NCBI GenBank assembly: GCA_951406725.2
Contig: OX597840.1
Location: 30,132,001 to 30,196,000, forward strand
Direction of reading: 5' to 3'
DNA length: 64,000 nt
Source: Octopus vulgaris
Taxonomy: Eukaryota
The translations under genes and the position numbers were made by a program. This document shows positions 25,361 through 37,144 of this stretch, in pieces (position 1 is the first letter of the stretch; each line of letters opens with the position of its first letter). The notes under the pieces are model-generated. The model saw only the letters and a list, made by a program, of their open reading frames with translations. It ran no database searches and had not been told where the DNA came from.

Positions 25361-25729
25361 GTGTATGCTGTTTGTTTCAATTACTTTTCTAAACAAATCT
25401 CAACCAAAATAGCCACCATTCCACAACCATTCTTGGCTCTGTTATTATTTTCTCTTTTCACGAAACATTGCTTCGCTTGATTTTGGCTTTCTTTAAGAAT
25501 TAATTATTCAATACTCTCAGCGTCAGAAATATTCTTTATTGAATGCTTACTCCACCCCACCCACCGGCCCACCAACTTTATCTTCCAGTATTTGGTTGTT
25601 TTAGTGTTTCAGTCAATCAGTAAAAGAATTCTGGAGGCTGTGTGGTAACAATCATGCTTCCGAACCACACGGTTCTAGGTTCGGTCCCACTGCATGGCAC
25701 CTTGGGCAAGTGTCTTCTATTATAGCCAT

Positions 25730-26150
25730 ATACTCTTTACTCTATACTCTTTTACTTGTTTCAGTCATTTGACTGCGGCCATGCTGGAGCACCGCCTTTA
25801 ATCGAGCAACTCGACCCCGGGACTTATTCTTTGTTAAGCCCAGTACTTATTCTATCGGTCTCTTTTGCCGAACCGCTAAGTGACGGGGACATAAACACAC
25901 CAGCATCGGTTGTCAAGCAATGCTAGGGGGACAGACGCACAAACACACACACATACACATACATACATATATATATACATATATACGACGGGCTTCTTTC
26001 AGTTTCCGTCTACCAAATCCACTCACAAGTCTTTGGTCGGCCTGAGACTATAGTAGAAGACACTTGCCCAAGGTGCCATGCAGTGGGACTGAACCAGGAA
26101 CCATGTGGTTGGTAAACAAGCTACTTACCACACAGCCACTACTGTGCCTA
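25730..26150 (-). mobile_element. SINE-A, inserted at the (TA) centre of an older plus-strand SINE head (25632-25728)
   Basis: Consensus match; TATAGCCATATA on both sides. Confidence 0.88.
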
Positions 26151-26199
26151 TATATATATTATAGCCATATATATTATATATTATTATATATATATATAT

Positions 26200-26415
26200 T
26201 CAAAATGTGACCGCGTGTGTACCGTTGGCGATTCTTTTTCCTCCGTCTTCCCTTCTCTGGATCTTTCCTTTTCCTATGTTTCTGACGAAGAGCTCTGCTC
26301 GAAACGTTAAACCCTCCTTCTTCCCTTCCTTCCTGAGCATCCAATAATACTATATTTGTTCCACGTCCTCGCGTTGTTGTGTTTTCTCTTTGTGTTTTCA
26401 TGTTTGGATTAACTA
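26200..26415 (+). mobile_element. short Penelope-pLTR-like repeat in (TA)n
   Basis: Copies at 4613-4812 and 27815-28008; contains a hammerhead. Confidence 0.7.
26278..26312 (+). ncRNA. minimal type I hammerhead motif (Penelope type, palindromic stem III)
   Basis: GTTT-CTGACGA-A-GAGC-TCT-GCTC-GAA-ACGT-T-AAAC. Confidence 0.75.
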
Positions 26416-26792
26416 TATATATATATATATATCTATATATATATTGTATAGAGGGCATTAATACACATAAATGCCTCACACTAAGAGGGACAAAGTCATT
26501 ACTACCAAAATTACACTAATCATACCTAAATGCAGTTCTTCAAAGCAAGACATTTAAAAAATGAATTTAGTTCTGTATCATCGTGATTTAACATTTAACT
26601 TACGTCTTATGATCCTCAGCAGAACTGATTCTGAACACATCATAAATAAACCACCAACCTTACCTAGCGAAGACGAACAAACATCTATTCACTCCGGCCA
26701 AGCACATGGAATGATTTATAAATCATATATTCGGTAAATGGCGGGCTTTTTCGAACTGCATGTCGAGTAGGAAAAGTATTTCGGAATAAATT

Positions 26793-26934
26793 TAACAATT
26801 AAGGATAACTTCTTAATAAGGGATCTTAACAAGAAATTATCAGGTAGTTAGCGTGAAAACCTCATAAAAGAAAAGAATTCGAAAATAATTTTTTTCTTGT
26901 TAAGATCCCTTATTAAGAAGTTATCCTTAATTGT

Positions 26935-26936
<2 letters not shown>
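26793..26936. repeat. perfect 44-bp inverted repeat with a 56-bp spacer
   Basis: 26793-26836 is the exact reverse complement of 26893-26936; abuts (TA)n. Confidence 0.9.
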
Positions 26937-26977
<41 letters not shown>

Positions 26978-26982
<5 letters not shown>

Positions 26983-27183
26983 CTTTATTGCCCACAAGGG
27001 GCTAAACATAGAGGGTACAAACAAAGACAGACAAAGGGATTAAGTTGATTACATCAACCCCAGTGCGTAACTGGTACTTTATTTATTGACCCCGAAAGGA
27101 CGAAAGGCAAAGTCGACCTCGGTGGAATTTGAACTCAGAACATAACGGCAAACGAAATACCGCTTAGCATTTCGCCCAGCATG

Positions 27184-27186
<3 letters not shown>
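26978..27186 (-). mobile_element. SINE-B monomer in (TA)n
   Basis: Matches the units of 6505-7660. Confidence 0.85.
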
Positions 27187-27231
<45 letters not shown>

Positions 27232-27569
27232 TCATCATCATCATCGATTAACATCTGCTTTTCATGTTGGCATAAGTTGGACAGTTTGACCGAGGTCGGG
27301 AGAGCCAGCAGCTGCACCAGGCTCCAATCTGATCAGACAGTGTTTCTACCACTCTGAGAGTGTAGTGGGTGCTGGCATTGGCCATGTTATTCAAATCTTT
27401 ATAAAGATTTGAATAGCACCTGCATTTAACCCCATTTCTTACTTTATATGTAGGTATGTGTATATAGTATATATATATATATATAAATTAACAGATTGAG
27501 ATAAAAATCCAAAGTTATGTATGTATGTATGTATGTTTGTATGTATATTTATATATATATATATATATA

Positions 27570-27753
27570 AAGGGAAAGTTCATGAAAAACACAAAAGACG
27601 AAGACAGGTGTGTGTAGAAAACAAACAGATGTATTAGTATAACGCTCGGGAATTGAAAAAGTCTTTTACGTTTCGAGCCTACGCTCTTCTACAGAAAGGG
27701 ACACAAAAAAACAAGGAGAGAAAAAAATGTGTGTAGTGGCTAACGATCTATCT
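27570..27753 (-). mobile_element. short Penelope-pLTR-like repeat with a variant hammerhead (27663-27698)
   Basis: Minus strand: CTTT-CTGTAGA-A-GAGC-GTAG-GCTC-GAA-ACGT-A-AAAG. Confidence 0.65.
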
Positions 27754-27814
27754 ATATATATATATAAATTAACAGATTGAGATAAAAATCCAAGATCTCT
27801 TGAGCACCACCAGC

Positions 27815-28008
27815 TCAAATATTTTTTCTTCTATCTTCCCTTCTTGGGATCATTCCTTCTCCTTGTTTCCGACGAAGAGCTCCGCTCGAAGCATTAAACC
27901 CTCCTTCCCTTCTTTCCTGAGCGTCAAATAATACTTTAATTGTTCCATGTCCTGCGTTGCTGTGTTTTTTTTCTCTTTTCTTCTGTGTTTTCTTGTTTGG
28001 ATTAACTT
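27815..28008 (+). mobile_element. diverged copy of the 26200-26415 repeat with a mutated hammerhead (27865-27899)
   Basis: GTTT-CCGACGA-A-GAGC-TCC-GCTC-GAA-GCAT-T-AAAC. Confidence 0.65.
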
Positions 28009-28028
28009 TATATATATATGTATGTATG

Positions 28029-28075
<47 letters not shown>

Positions 28076-28104
28076 GTGTATGTAAATATATGTGTGTGTG
28101 TGTG

Positions 28105-28440
28105 TGTGATGTTTTGGCAAGAATCATAGGAAAGGAACTTGTCAGGCCTTTTTGAGTGCCAGAATTTGTTGAACTCACCAGCAACTCCTACACCACGTTT
28201 CTGGAGGAGCCTTTTGCCACTCTTATGTCGACGGAGATCGATTTTTATGCCTGACAATGCTCCTTTGCATTCAAGCAAGGCTACAATTTCGTACTTTGCA
28301 ACTTTGGGAATCACATGCCAATCACTCATGACTTGACACCCACCCTGTTCTTCTGACCTAAATCCTATCAAACAATTCTGGTCGATCATGAAGAGGTACG
28401 TGTATGAAGGAGGTATCCAGTTTTCATTGAAAAGTACCAT
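28105..28440 (+). pseudogene. Tc1-family DDE transposase fragment
   Basis: VMFW...ELVRPF, IFMPDNAPLHSSKAT and PPCSSDLNPIKQFWSIMKR correspond to the Tc1 QDNAP.H and WP..SPDLNPIE..W motifs; stops and frameshifts present. Confidence 0.85.
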
Positions 28441-28469
28441 AACATCTCAGATTGGTCAGCTAACAGCTT

Positions 28470-28638
28470 CATCATCATCATCATCATCATCGTTTAACGT
28501 TCGTTTTCCGCACTAGCACAGATTGGGCGGTTCGACCGGGGTCTGAGAAGCCAGGAGGCTGCACCAGGCTCCAGTCTGATCTGGCAGTGTTTCTACAGCT
28601 GGATGCCCTTCCTAACGCCAACCACTCCGCGAGTGTAG
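28470..28638 (-). mobile_element. repeat C
   Basis: Consensus match. Confidence 0.8.
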
Positions 28639-29044
28639 CTTCTGTGGATAAAAGACTGATGCCATTTCTAAACAAGGAATTTACGTAGACAAATAAAGTA
28701 CAGCACCAATAATTTAATTGTGTTTGTTTGGTGTTTGTTGGTGCTATTCTTCGATAGCATATTTCATTATTACAATAAAATGGTAATATAACAATAATAC
28801 TTTGTTTCATTACCTTAAATTGACATTTTCATATATTTTCATACACCTGCAATAAAGTGTGGTACAGGTGAAAGCACCTCATAACACATAACACAACATG
28901 ACTTTGTATGTAGCGATTGAAATGTTCACTGCGTATGTACCTACCCAGGAGGATATTTCAATGGATCAAGTTTCATATATGTACGATGTTTAATATTCAA
29001 AATATCAACAAAAATTTGACCAGCAATAAAGTGTGATGCATATT

Positions 29045-29328
29045 TTATATACATATAATATAATATAATATATATGTATATATGCACACACACATGTATA
29101 TGTATATATGTGTGTGTGCGTGTGTGTCTATGTGTGTATATATATATACATATATGTTTATATATATACATATATATTTATATATATACATATATATGTG
29201 TATATACATATATATATACAAAAAAAAAAAAAAAAAAAAAAAAAACATATATACATATATATACATATACATATATACATATATATATACATATATATAC
29301 ATACATATATATATATATACATATATGT

Positions 29329-29360
<32 letters not shown>

Positions 29361-29392
29361 TATACATATATATATATATACATATATATGTG

Positions 29393-29441
<49 letters not shown>

Positions 29442-29570
29442 CATATATACATATATATACATATACATATATATATATATATATATATACATATATATAT
29501 ACATACATATATACGTACATATATACATATATACATACATATATATGTATATATGTATATATATGTATAC
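29045..29570. repeat. (TA)n/(TACA)n microsatellite with a poly-A run
   Basis: Directly visible. Confidence 0.95.
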
Positions 29571-29980
29571 AGTGATTCTACAATATATGAGCTAATTTGT
29601 TCCTGGAGACAGCTCGTAAACTAAAATCTCGTAAATAAACGGCAATGAAACAAGAGTAGAATGTAAAGAACATTTTATGCAAAAAGAATGTCAAAATCAT
29701 TTATAGTAAAAAAAATATTATAATCGTTTTCTGAATCACTTTCGCTTGCACTAGACTCACACACCATCACATGTAGACACAAATGCTGATTCATAAACAC
29801 TCGTTGATGGACTTGTAGATTTCTTTAGGAAAAAACAAGTCTAGATTTGTTTGCTTAGAAGAATCAGTTTTCGCTTTTTATACATTTCTCAGTAACACGC
29901 AGAAGCACTTGTTATGGTAGTTGAAACTTTTGTAAACCTAGGGTCCTGTAGAGCAAGTTCTCATAAAGTGAAGTATATAG

Positions 29981-30385
29981 ATCATCATCATCATCGTCAT
30001 CATCGTTTAACGTCCGTTCTCCATGCTAGCACGGGTTGGACGGTTTGACCGGGGATTTGGGAAGCCAGAAGGCTGCACCAGGCTCCGGTCTTATCTGGCA
30101 GTATTTCTACAGCTGGATGCCCTTCCTAACTCCAACCACTCTGTGAGTGTAGTGAGTCCTTTTTATGTGCTACCGGCACAGGTGCCGGGCGAGGCTGGCA
30201 TTGGCCACGTTCGGATGGTGCTTTTTACATGCCACCAGCACAGAAGCCAGTCAAGGCAGCGCTGGCATCGGCCACATTCGGATGGTGCTTTTTACGTGCC
30301 ACCGGCCCAGGGATCACAACTACAGTTTCCATTGATTTTTTTATGTTGGTGTACTTGACTCAATAGATCTCCTCAAGCACAGGGT
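29981..30385 (-). mobile_element. repeat C, long copy with three internal sub-repeats
   Basis: Consensus match including the 5' region shared with 4330-4440. Confidence 0.8.
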
Positions 30386-30389
30386 TGAA

Positions 30390-30432
<43 letters not shown>

Positions 30433-30807
30433 ATGATCCCCATCCTCAACAGCAGAAGTGTGGGGGCCCCTTAGTGAAGGGCCCTTTTCCAATGCCACAT
30501 AAACAGTCACATAAAGAGCTTTTGGCACCATATAAAACTGCTTGTGCTAGTGCCATGTTGAAAGTCCCCAACACACTCTGTAAAGTGGTTTGTGTTAGGA
30601 AGGGCACCCAGCAATAGGAACCAAGCCAAATCAGACTGAAACCTGGTGCAGCTCTCCATCTTACCAGCTCTGGTCAAACCGTCCAACCCATGCCAGCATG
30701 GAAAATGAACTTTAAAGGATGATGATGATAATGTGTGAGTGTATGTCCGTGTTTGTCCCCCAATACCACGTGACAACTAGTGTTTGTTTGTTTCCATCCC
30801 TTTAACT

Positions 30808-31067
30808 CAGTGCTCCACAACCTTTCTTCACTTGTGGCACACTTATATTCTTTTCAAAATCTGGCGGCACACCTGAACTAAAAATATCATTAAAGGTATA
30901 GAGAAAAATATTATACATTATTTACATTATTTACATTTGATGGATATTTGTCCTCATCTTGTTTGTTGTTAACACAACGTTTTGGCTGATATACCCTCCA
31001 GCACTCATCAGATGTCTTAGAGGAAATTTGGAACCTGGGTTCTCATTCCTAAGGTACTTTTTGATGA

Positions 31068-31112
<45 letters not shown>

Positions 31113-31328
31113 GGTCACTGCCTGGAATTGAACTCAGAATCTTGGGGTTAGTAGCCCACACTCTTAACCACTATGCCATATGCCCACGGGCATATGGCAT
31201 AGTGTACATAATTTCTCATCTCTTAAATATAGAACTGGAAAAATATTATATTCAGGTGACACTGTGGCACACCTAACATCGCCTCATGGCACACTAGTGT
31301 GCCTCGGTATACTGGCTGTGGGGCACTG
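30808..31328. mobile_element. hAT-like MITE inserted in a SINE-A-type tail and itself interrupted
   Basis: TIRs CAGTGCTCCACAACC / GGCTGTGGGGCACTG; 8-bp TSD CTTTAACT / CCTTAACT; repeated GGCACAC subterminal motifs. Confidence 0.75.
30914..31204 (-). mobile_element. tRNA-headed SINE with (AAT)n spacer and a hammerhead-containing tail
   Basis: Head TGGCATAGTGGTTAAGAG...GAGTTCAATTCC; tail GACAT-CTGATGA...-AAA-ACGT-T-GTGTT (30971-31016); (AATGTAAAT)n 3' end; 5' hairpin at 31169-31204. Confidence 0.7.
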
Positions 31329-31371
31329 CCTTAACTTAGCAGCCCAGGGAAAGAGATTGATTGCATAAGTA

Positions 31372-31628
31372 CATCATCATCATCATCATCATCATCATTT
31401 AGCATCCGTTTTCCATGCTAGCATGGGTTGGACGGTTCAACTCGGGTCTGGGAGGCCAGAAGGCTACACCAGGCCCAGTCTGATCTGGCAATGTTTCTAC
31501 GGCTGGATGCCCTTCCTAATGCCAACCACTCCGTGAGTGTAGTGGGTGCTTTTTACGTGCCAGACGGGGATGGCAAAGGCCACAGTCGGATGGTGCTTTT
31601 TATGTGCCACCGGCACGGGGACCAGGCA
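31372..31628 (-). mobile_element. repeat C
   Basis: Consensus match. Confidence 0.8.
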
Positions 31629-31935
31629 TAGAATAATAAGTCCTAGAGTCGACTTATTCAGCTAAACCTTCTTCATGGTGGTGCTGCAGCATGGCCACAG
31701 TCTATTGACTAAAACAAGTAAAAAATAAAAGGTAGATATTTTCAGTGATTTATATGGCCAGTTACAAAGGTCATGTCTAAAGCAAGTTCAATCCAACACT
31801 GCAGCATCTTGGGGCGATGTCTAGAATTTGAATATTTACCAAAGCCACTGGTAACCCAATTTTTTTTTAGTGATTTTTGACCAGAAGGAAAGTGTGCAAG
31901 TGTGGAACCCTAATTATCGTAATTGACACAGTGAC

Positions 31936-32092
31936 AGTAGTGGCTGCATGGTAAGTATCTTGTTTACCAACCACATGGTTCCGGGTTCAGTCCCACTGCG
32001 TGGCACCTTGGGCAAGTGTCTTCTACTATAGCCTCGGGCCGACCAAAGCCTTGTGAGTGTATTTGGTAGACGGAAACTGAAAGAAGCCTGTC

Positions 32093-32126
<34 letters not shown>

Positions 32127-32327
32127 GTTTGCGTGTTTGTCCCCCTAGCATTGCTTGACAACCGATGCTGGTGTGTTTACATCCCTGTCACTTAGTGGTT
32201 CGGCAAAAAAGAGACCGATAGAATATTTACAGGGCTTACAAAAGAATAAGTCACGGGGTCGAGTTGCTCGATTAAAGGTGGTGCTCCAGCATGGCCGCAG
32301 TCAAATAACTGAAACAAGTAAAAGAGT
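31936..32327 (+). mobile_element. SINE-A
   Basis: Consensus match. Confidence 0.88.
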
Positions 32328-33204
32328 AGTGATGGTGATGTTGTTGTTGCTGTTGTTAGTAGTAGTTCTAGTAATGGTGGTGGTGGTGGTGGTGGTAGTA
32401 GTAGAAGAGCAACAACAGTAATAGTAGTAGTAGTACTAGCAGTAGTATAATTCCTGTCATAATTCTTTGGCTAATTCCATTCTCCCATACATCTTATTTA
32501 ACTTCCAAACCAAATGCGCCAACAGACAGAATAATAATAAATAGATTCAGCTTTAGCTACACAATAAAAATATCATGTTATATTTGACAGCGCTGAAGAA
32601 CGGACCAATTTCCAAGACGGCTCATTTGTTCAAGAATTGATAGCATAATAGTAATAATAATTGTAAAAAAAAAAAATAGAAAAATCGGAGAAAAAAAGCA
32701 TATTCACACTAAAAACATGTTTTATTTAAAGAGAATAAACATGTGTTCATTTTATATTTTTCTCTTTAGATTCAAATTTAAAATAGTCTTTGAGAGAAAT
32801 AATAAAAAAATTGAGCATAGCCAAAAATCAATCGATATTTTAAGTAGATTTCCTGATCTGAATAGGAAATATATCAATAGTTATGTTTATTTATTGGCAA
32901 TATGTGTTTCACAATGGAAGCGGTGGGAGGCAAGACTGGAGACTGATTCCTTATGATGCAATATGTTGGATTGATGAAGAATATGTATGTCTGTGATGTT
33001 TTGTAAGAAAATGATTCAGAAATATACAAACTACATTTAAATCTACACTTCAGTATTTATAAATATATATATATCATCCTCATCATTTGATGCCCATGCT
33101 CCAAGCACAGACACAAACACACACATAATATATATACATACATATATATATATATAAATATATGAAAGAATGGAGCTGAACGACGAATTAACAAAATTCC
33201 TTTA

Positions 33205-33287
33205 TTTTCGACATATGTTTCGAAGGCTGCATATTCCTAATTGCGAAGGAATAAGGAGTACATTATGCCGCTTTCTCATTAGGAAAA
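33205..33287 (-). ncRNA. hammerhead motif with long stem II (G5-to-A substitution)
   Basis: TTTTC-CTAATGA-GAAAGCGGCATA...TATGCAGCCTTC-GAA-ACATATGT-C-GAAAA. Confidence 0.65.
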
Positions 33288-33570
33288 GCAAGGAACTTAT
33301 GTCAACATCAAAATGCACAAAAAACTTTCAGATGATTGCTCACACGGAGCCCATAGCGGTAATGAGTGTCTCTTTAAAATATTCCTTTATGAGGAGTGAC
33401 GTCAAAGTGGTTGAAAGTAGAAGAATCTAGAAGGTTCTAAAGGTTCAAGGGTTCAAACGAAGTTGGAGGCACGTAACTTCAACCGTGTTTTTTCTGATGT
33501 GAATTTGCTAGCCAGGTATCGGTTAATTCAAATTATCCTTAATAGGATAATTCATTCAACTACTCAAATA

Positions 33571-33606
<36 letters not shown>

Positions 33607-33989
33607 GAACAATCTTACTTAGAAATGGATGCGTGCATTCCATCATATAACAAATTAATAAATAAAACATATGCATATATACATACATATATGTACGTAC
33701 CTACCTCTACATGTATATATACATGCATATATGGGTACAGGACACCAAAAAAACGTCGAACACAATGAGAAACGAAAACATAAACACAAAACCAAGGAAA
33801 TAGACATTTTTTTAAAAACAACGAAAAAATAGAGTACAGGACATACAAAACAAGGAAAATTCCCCTTCTTCAGTCGCCTTTGTTTCATCTACTCCACGTA
33901 TAGACAGACTATAGTTAAGTTCCAGATTTGGTAATATTGCGAATAAAGTGTTCAACGTTGGTTCTATGTCAGCGTGTGTATATAAGAAT

Positions 33990-34280
33990 TTTTTGTGTAA
34001 TAAGATAAAAAAACCAAGGCTGTATAGATATTAGAGCATTTATAGATAGAAGGTCTTACAGCTGTTTCTAGGATATTTATTAATAATCATATCCCTTCTT
34101 CAGAGACGGTGTGAGAGGAAAAGTTAAGTCATAGTTAGTTTTGATGTGATATAAATAGAGAGTGAGGTGGAGGAAAGAAAATAGATGTAAGATATGTATG
34201 GTTATTGAGTTTATAAATCTATTTTATAGACATAATGGTATATATGTGTAATATTCCAATATCCTTTGAGTAAAATCCAT
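33990..34280 (-). mobile_element. Penelope-pLTR-like repeat (second copy at 49300-49590, plus strand)
   Basis: Reverse-complement match between the two loci; both carry the hammerhead motif. Confidence 0.65.
34053..34107 (-). ncRNA. type I hammerhead motif, intact core
   Basis: GTCT-CTGAAGA-AGGGATAT...ATATCCTA-GAA-ACAGCTGT-A-AGAC. Confidence 0.7.
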
Positions 34281-34524
34281 GGAGAACAGGGCACATGTAT
34301 ACAATGGGCTTCTTTCAGTTTCTCTCTACCAAGTTCCCTTGCAGGACCTCAGCCAACCTGTGACCATAGCAGAAAACACTTGTCCAAAATGCTGCACAGT
34401 GGGACTGAACCTGGGCCCATGACACTGGGCCCATGACACTGGGAAGCAAACTTTTTACCACATTACCACACTTGAAACTGTACAATATCAAAATTTTTTT
34501 TTAATGAAAATGTATTCAATTTGT

Positions 34525-34790
34525 GGCGTAGGAGTGGCTGTGTGGTAAGTAGGTTGCCTACGAACCACATGGTTCCAGGTTCAGTTCAACTGCATGGCGC
34601 CTTGGGCAAGTGTCTTTTACTATAGCCTCAGGCTGGCCAAAGCCTTGTGAGTGGATTTGGTAGACGGAAACTGAAAGAAGCCCAACGTATATATATATAT
34701 ATATATATAAGTCCTGGGGTCGATTTGCTCGACTAAAGGTGGTGCTCCAGCATGGCCACAGTCAAATGACTGAAACAAATAAAAGAGTAA
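34525..34790 (+). mobile_element. SINE-A with an internal deletion after the (TA)n
   Basis: Head and extreme tail joined directly. Confidence 0.8.
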
Positions 34791-34943
34791 CCAAAAAAAT
34801 GTATGATTTTAATATGTAATTCAAGGACTCAATATTTGCATTGTTGTACATTTTTAGCTCTCAAGGAACAGAATCTCAGTTAATTATTATATAATTCACA
34901 CCCTAGTCCACTTACAAACCCATTCACCTTTTCTGTTCCTCAA

Positions 34944-34992
34944 TACATTTTCTCTTTCTCATATTCACACTGTACTTGAAGGTATGCCTTCA

Positions 34993-35058
<66 letters not shown>

Positions 35059-35074
35059 TCCATCTCTCTCTCTT

Positions 35075-35107
<33 letters not shown>

Positions 35108-35220
35108 CTATCTATTCCTCTATACATTTTCTCTTTCCCATATTCACACTGTACTTGAAGGTATGCCTTCACCATCTCTCTCTCTCCATCTCTCTCTCTC
35201 TCTCCATCTCTCTCTCCATA

Positions 35221-35252
<32 letters not shown>
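34944..35252. repeat. two-copy tandem duplication including (CT)n/(TATC)n
   Basis: TACATTTTCTCTTT..CATATTCACACTGTACTTGAAGGTATGCCTTCACCATC at about 34944 and about 35123. Confidence 0.85.
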
Positions 35253-35324
35253 GCTGGAGAAGTTGTGTGTTCACCTGTTTAGCAAGACACATGTTCCGGT
35301 CTTTATTTCCTACTTTCACACCCT

Positions 35325-35550
35325 TAACCCTTTAGCATTTAAACCGGCTGTATGTGGCCAAAATATTCTACCTGTTTTATATTAAAACTGACCAGGTCTA
35401 ACTTCTCACACCAACCCTTCAATGCCATTCTGAAAATTTAAAATCACATCAATGAAATCTGGAAGTTATGAAGTGATGCCTAATTAATTCAAAGCAACAT
35501 GAATTAATAAGCATTGTGTTTGATAGAATAATTTGAATGCTAAAGGTTTT
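35325..35550. mobile_element. second piggyBac-like MITE family (related diverged copy at about 42015-42433)
   Basis: TTAACCCTTTAGCATTT...GAATGCTAAAGGTT inverted ends. Confidence 0.6.
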
Positions 35551-35659
35551 GATACTTCGCTTATTTAAAGGCTCTTGTCTTGCATGTGCTTGGTGACCTC
35601 ACGAAAGCTGGCTCTACAAAAAAAATGTACCCAGAACATTTTAAAAGTGGTTGAGGATA

Positions 35660-36248
35660 TATTTCTTTACTGTCCACAAGGGGCTAAACATAGACAAGAA
35701 AAACAAGGACAGACAAACAGATTAAGTCGATTACATCGACCCCAGTGTGAAACGGGTACTTTATTTATTGACACCGAAAGGATGAAAGGCAAAGTCAACC
35801 TCGGCAGAATTTGAACTCAGAACGTAAAGACAGACAAAATACTTGTTTCTTTACTACCCACAAGGGGCTAAACACAGAGGGGACAAACAAGGACAGACAA
35901 AGGGATTAAGTCGATTACATCGACACTAGTACGTAACTGGTACTTAATTTATCGACCCCGAAAAGATGAAAGGCAAAGTCAGCCTCGGCGGAATTTGAAC
36001 TCAGAACATAGCGGCAGACGAAATACCTATTTCTTTACTACCCACAAGGGGCTAAACATAGAGGGGACAAACAAGGACAGACAAAGGGATTAAGTCGATT
36101 ACATAGACCCCAGTGCGTAACTGGTACTTTATTTATCGACCCCGAAAGGATGAAAGGCAAAGTTGACCTTGGCGGAATATGAACTCAGAACGTAGCGACA
36201 GATGAAATACCACTAAGCATTTCGCCCGGCACGCTAACGTTTCTGCCT
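35660..36248 (-). mobile_element. SINE-B trimer
   Basis: Three ~184-bp units with the same junction position as 6505-7660; TSD TTGAGGATA at 35651-35659 and 36249-36257. Confidence 0.9.
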
Positions 36249-36858
36249 TTGAGGATAGAAAGGTCTTTCAGCAGTAATCATACCAAAGCAGACATTGGAG
36301 CTTGCTGTAGCGCTCTTGTTTGTTGGATCCAGTCAAACCATCGAAGCCATACCAGCAATAGAAAAAGAGATATTAAATAACGATAACAATGATGTCATTC
36401 GGTTATTGAAATTGAGAAATATAACTTTTATTCCATCTTCCATTGATAAATGTCAGTTGAAATTAATGTTATGTTAAATAAATATTATATTTTATACAAA
36501 CTATTTGTGCGAAAGCTACACACACAATCTACCCATTATATGCACAAACATAAGCAATAATTACAGAAACTTTATCATTTTTCTCTAAAACACTACCAAA
36601 ATATTTATACAAAGTTGAATGAAAATTTTAATGAAAGATGTAAGCTAATGAAAATCAAAAGTGATAAAATTTATTGTTTTAATAACCAGTAATTTTTGTA
36701 TATGGACTCAGTGAATTGCAGTCAGTTGGCTTTGTTTGCGGGATAAATACGAAGTCAGTGCGATGGGTTTGGGTGAAAGGAATGTTGGTTTGCGTGCGCA
36801 AGAAGACAAAACAGGAAATCTACATAGATATCAAGCTATTTTAATTACAGCGAAACAC

Positions 36859-36860
<2 letters not shown>

Positions 36861-36946
<86 letters not shown>

Positions 36947-37016
36947 GTACATATGTATATATATATATACACACACGTATATACATACATATATATATAT
37001 ATATACACACACATAT

Positions 37017-37059
<43 letters not shown>

Positions 37060-37108
37060 TATATACATACACACATATATATATATATATATAAAAATAA
37101 AAATAATA

Positions 37109-37142
<34 letters not shown>
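36861..37142. repeat. (TA)n/(TACA)n microsatellite
   Basis: Directly visible. Confidence 0.95.

Positions 37143-37144
<2 letters not shown>

Noticed and set aside
24164-25480. 438-aa Thr-rich mucin-like ORF
   Set aside because: Degenerate (ACC/ACT)n repeat that is open in several frames on both strands; no signal peptide or splice support
29045-29595. Multiple YI-repeat ORFs (also at 36736-37171 and 39525-40419)
   Set aside because: (TA)n/(TACA)n lack stops in some frames; not genes
31110-31190. Functional tRNA gene (also the heads at 541, 38390 and 54405)
   Set aside because: A and B boxes are present, but acceptor stems are not complementary and each continues into a SINE body
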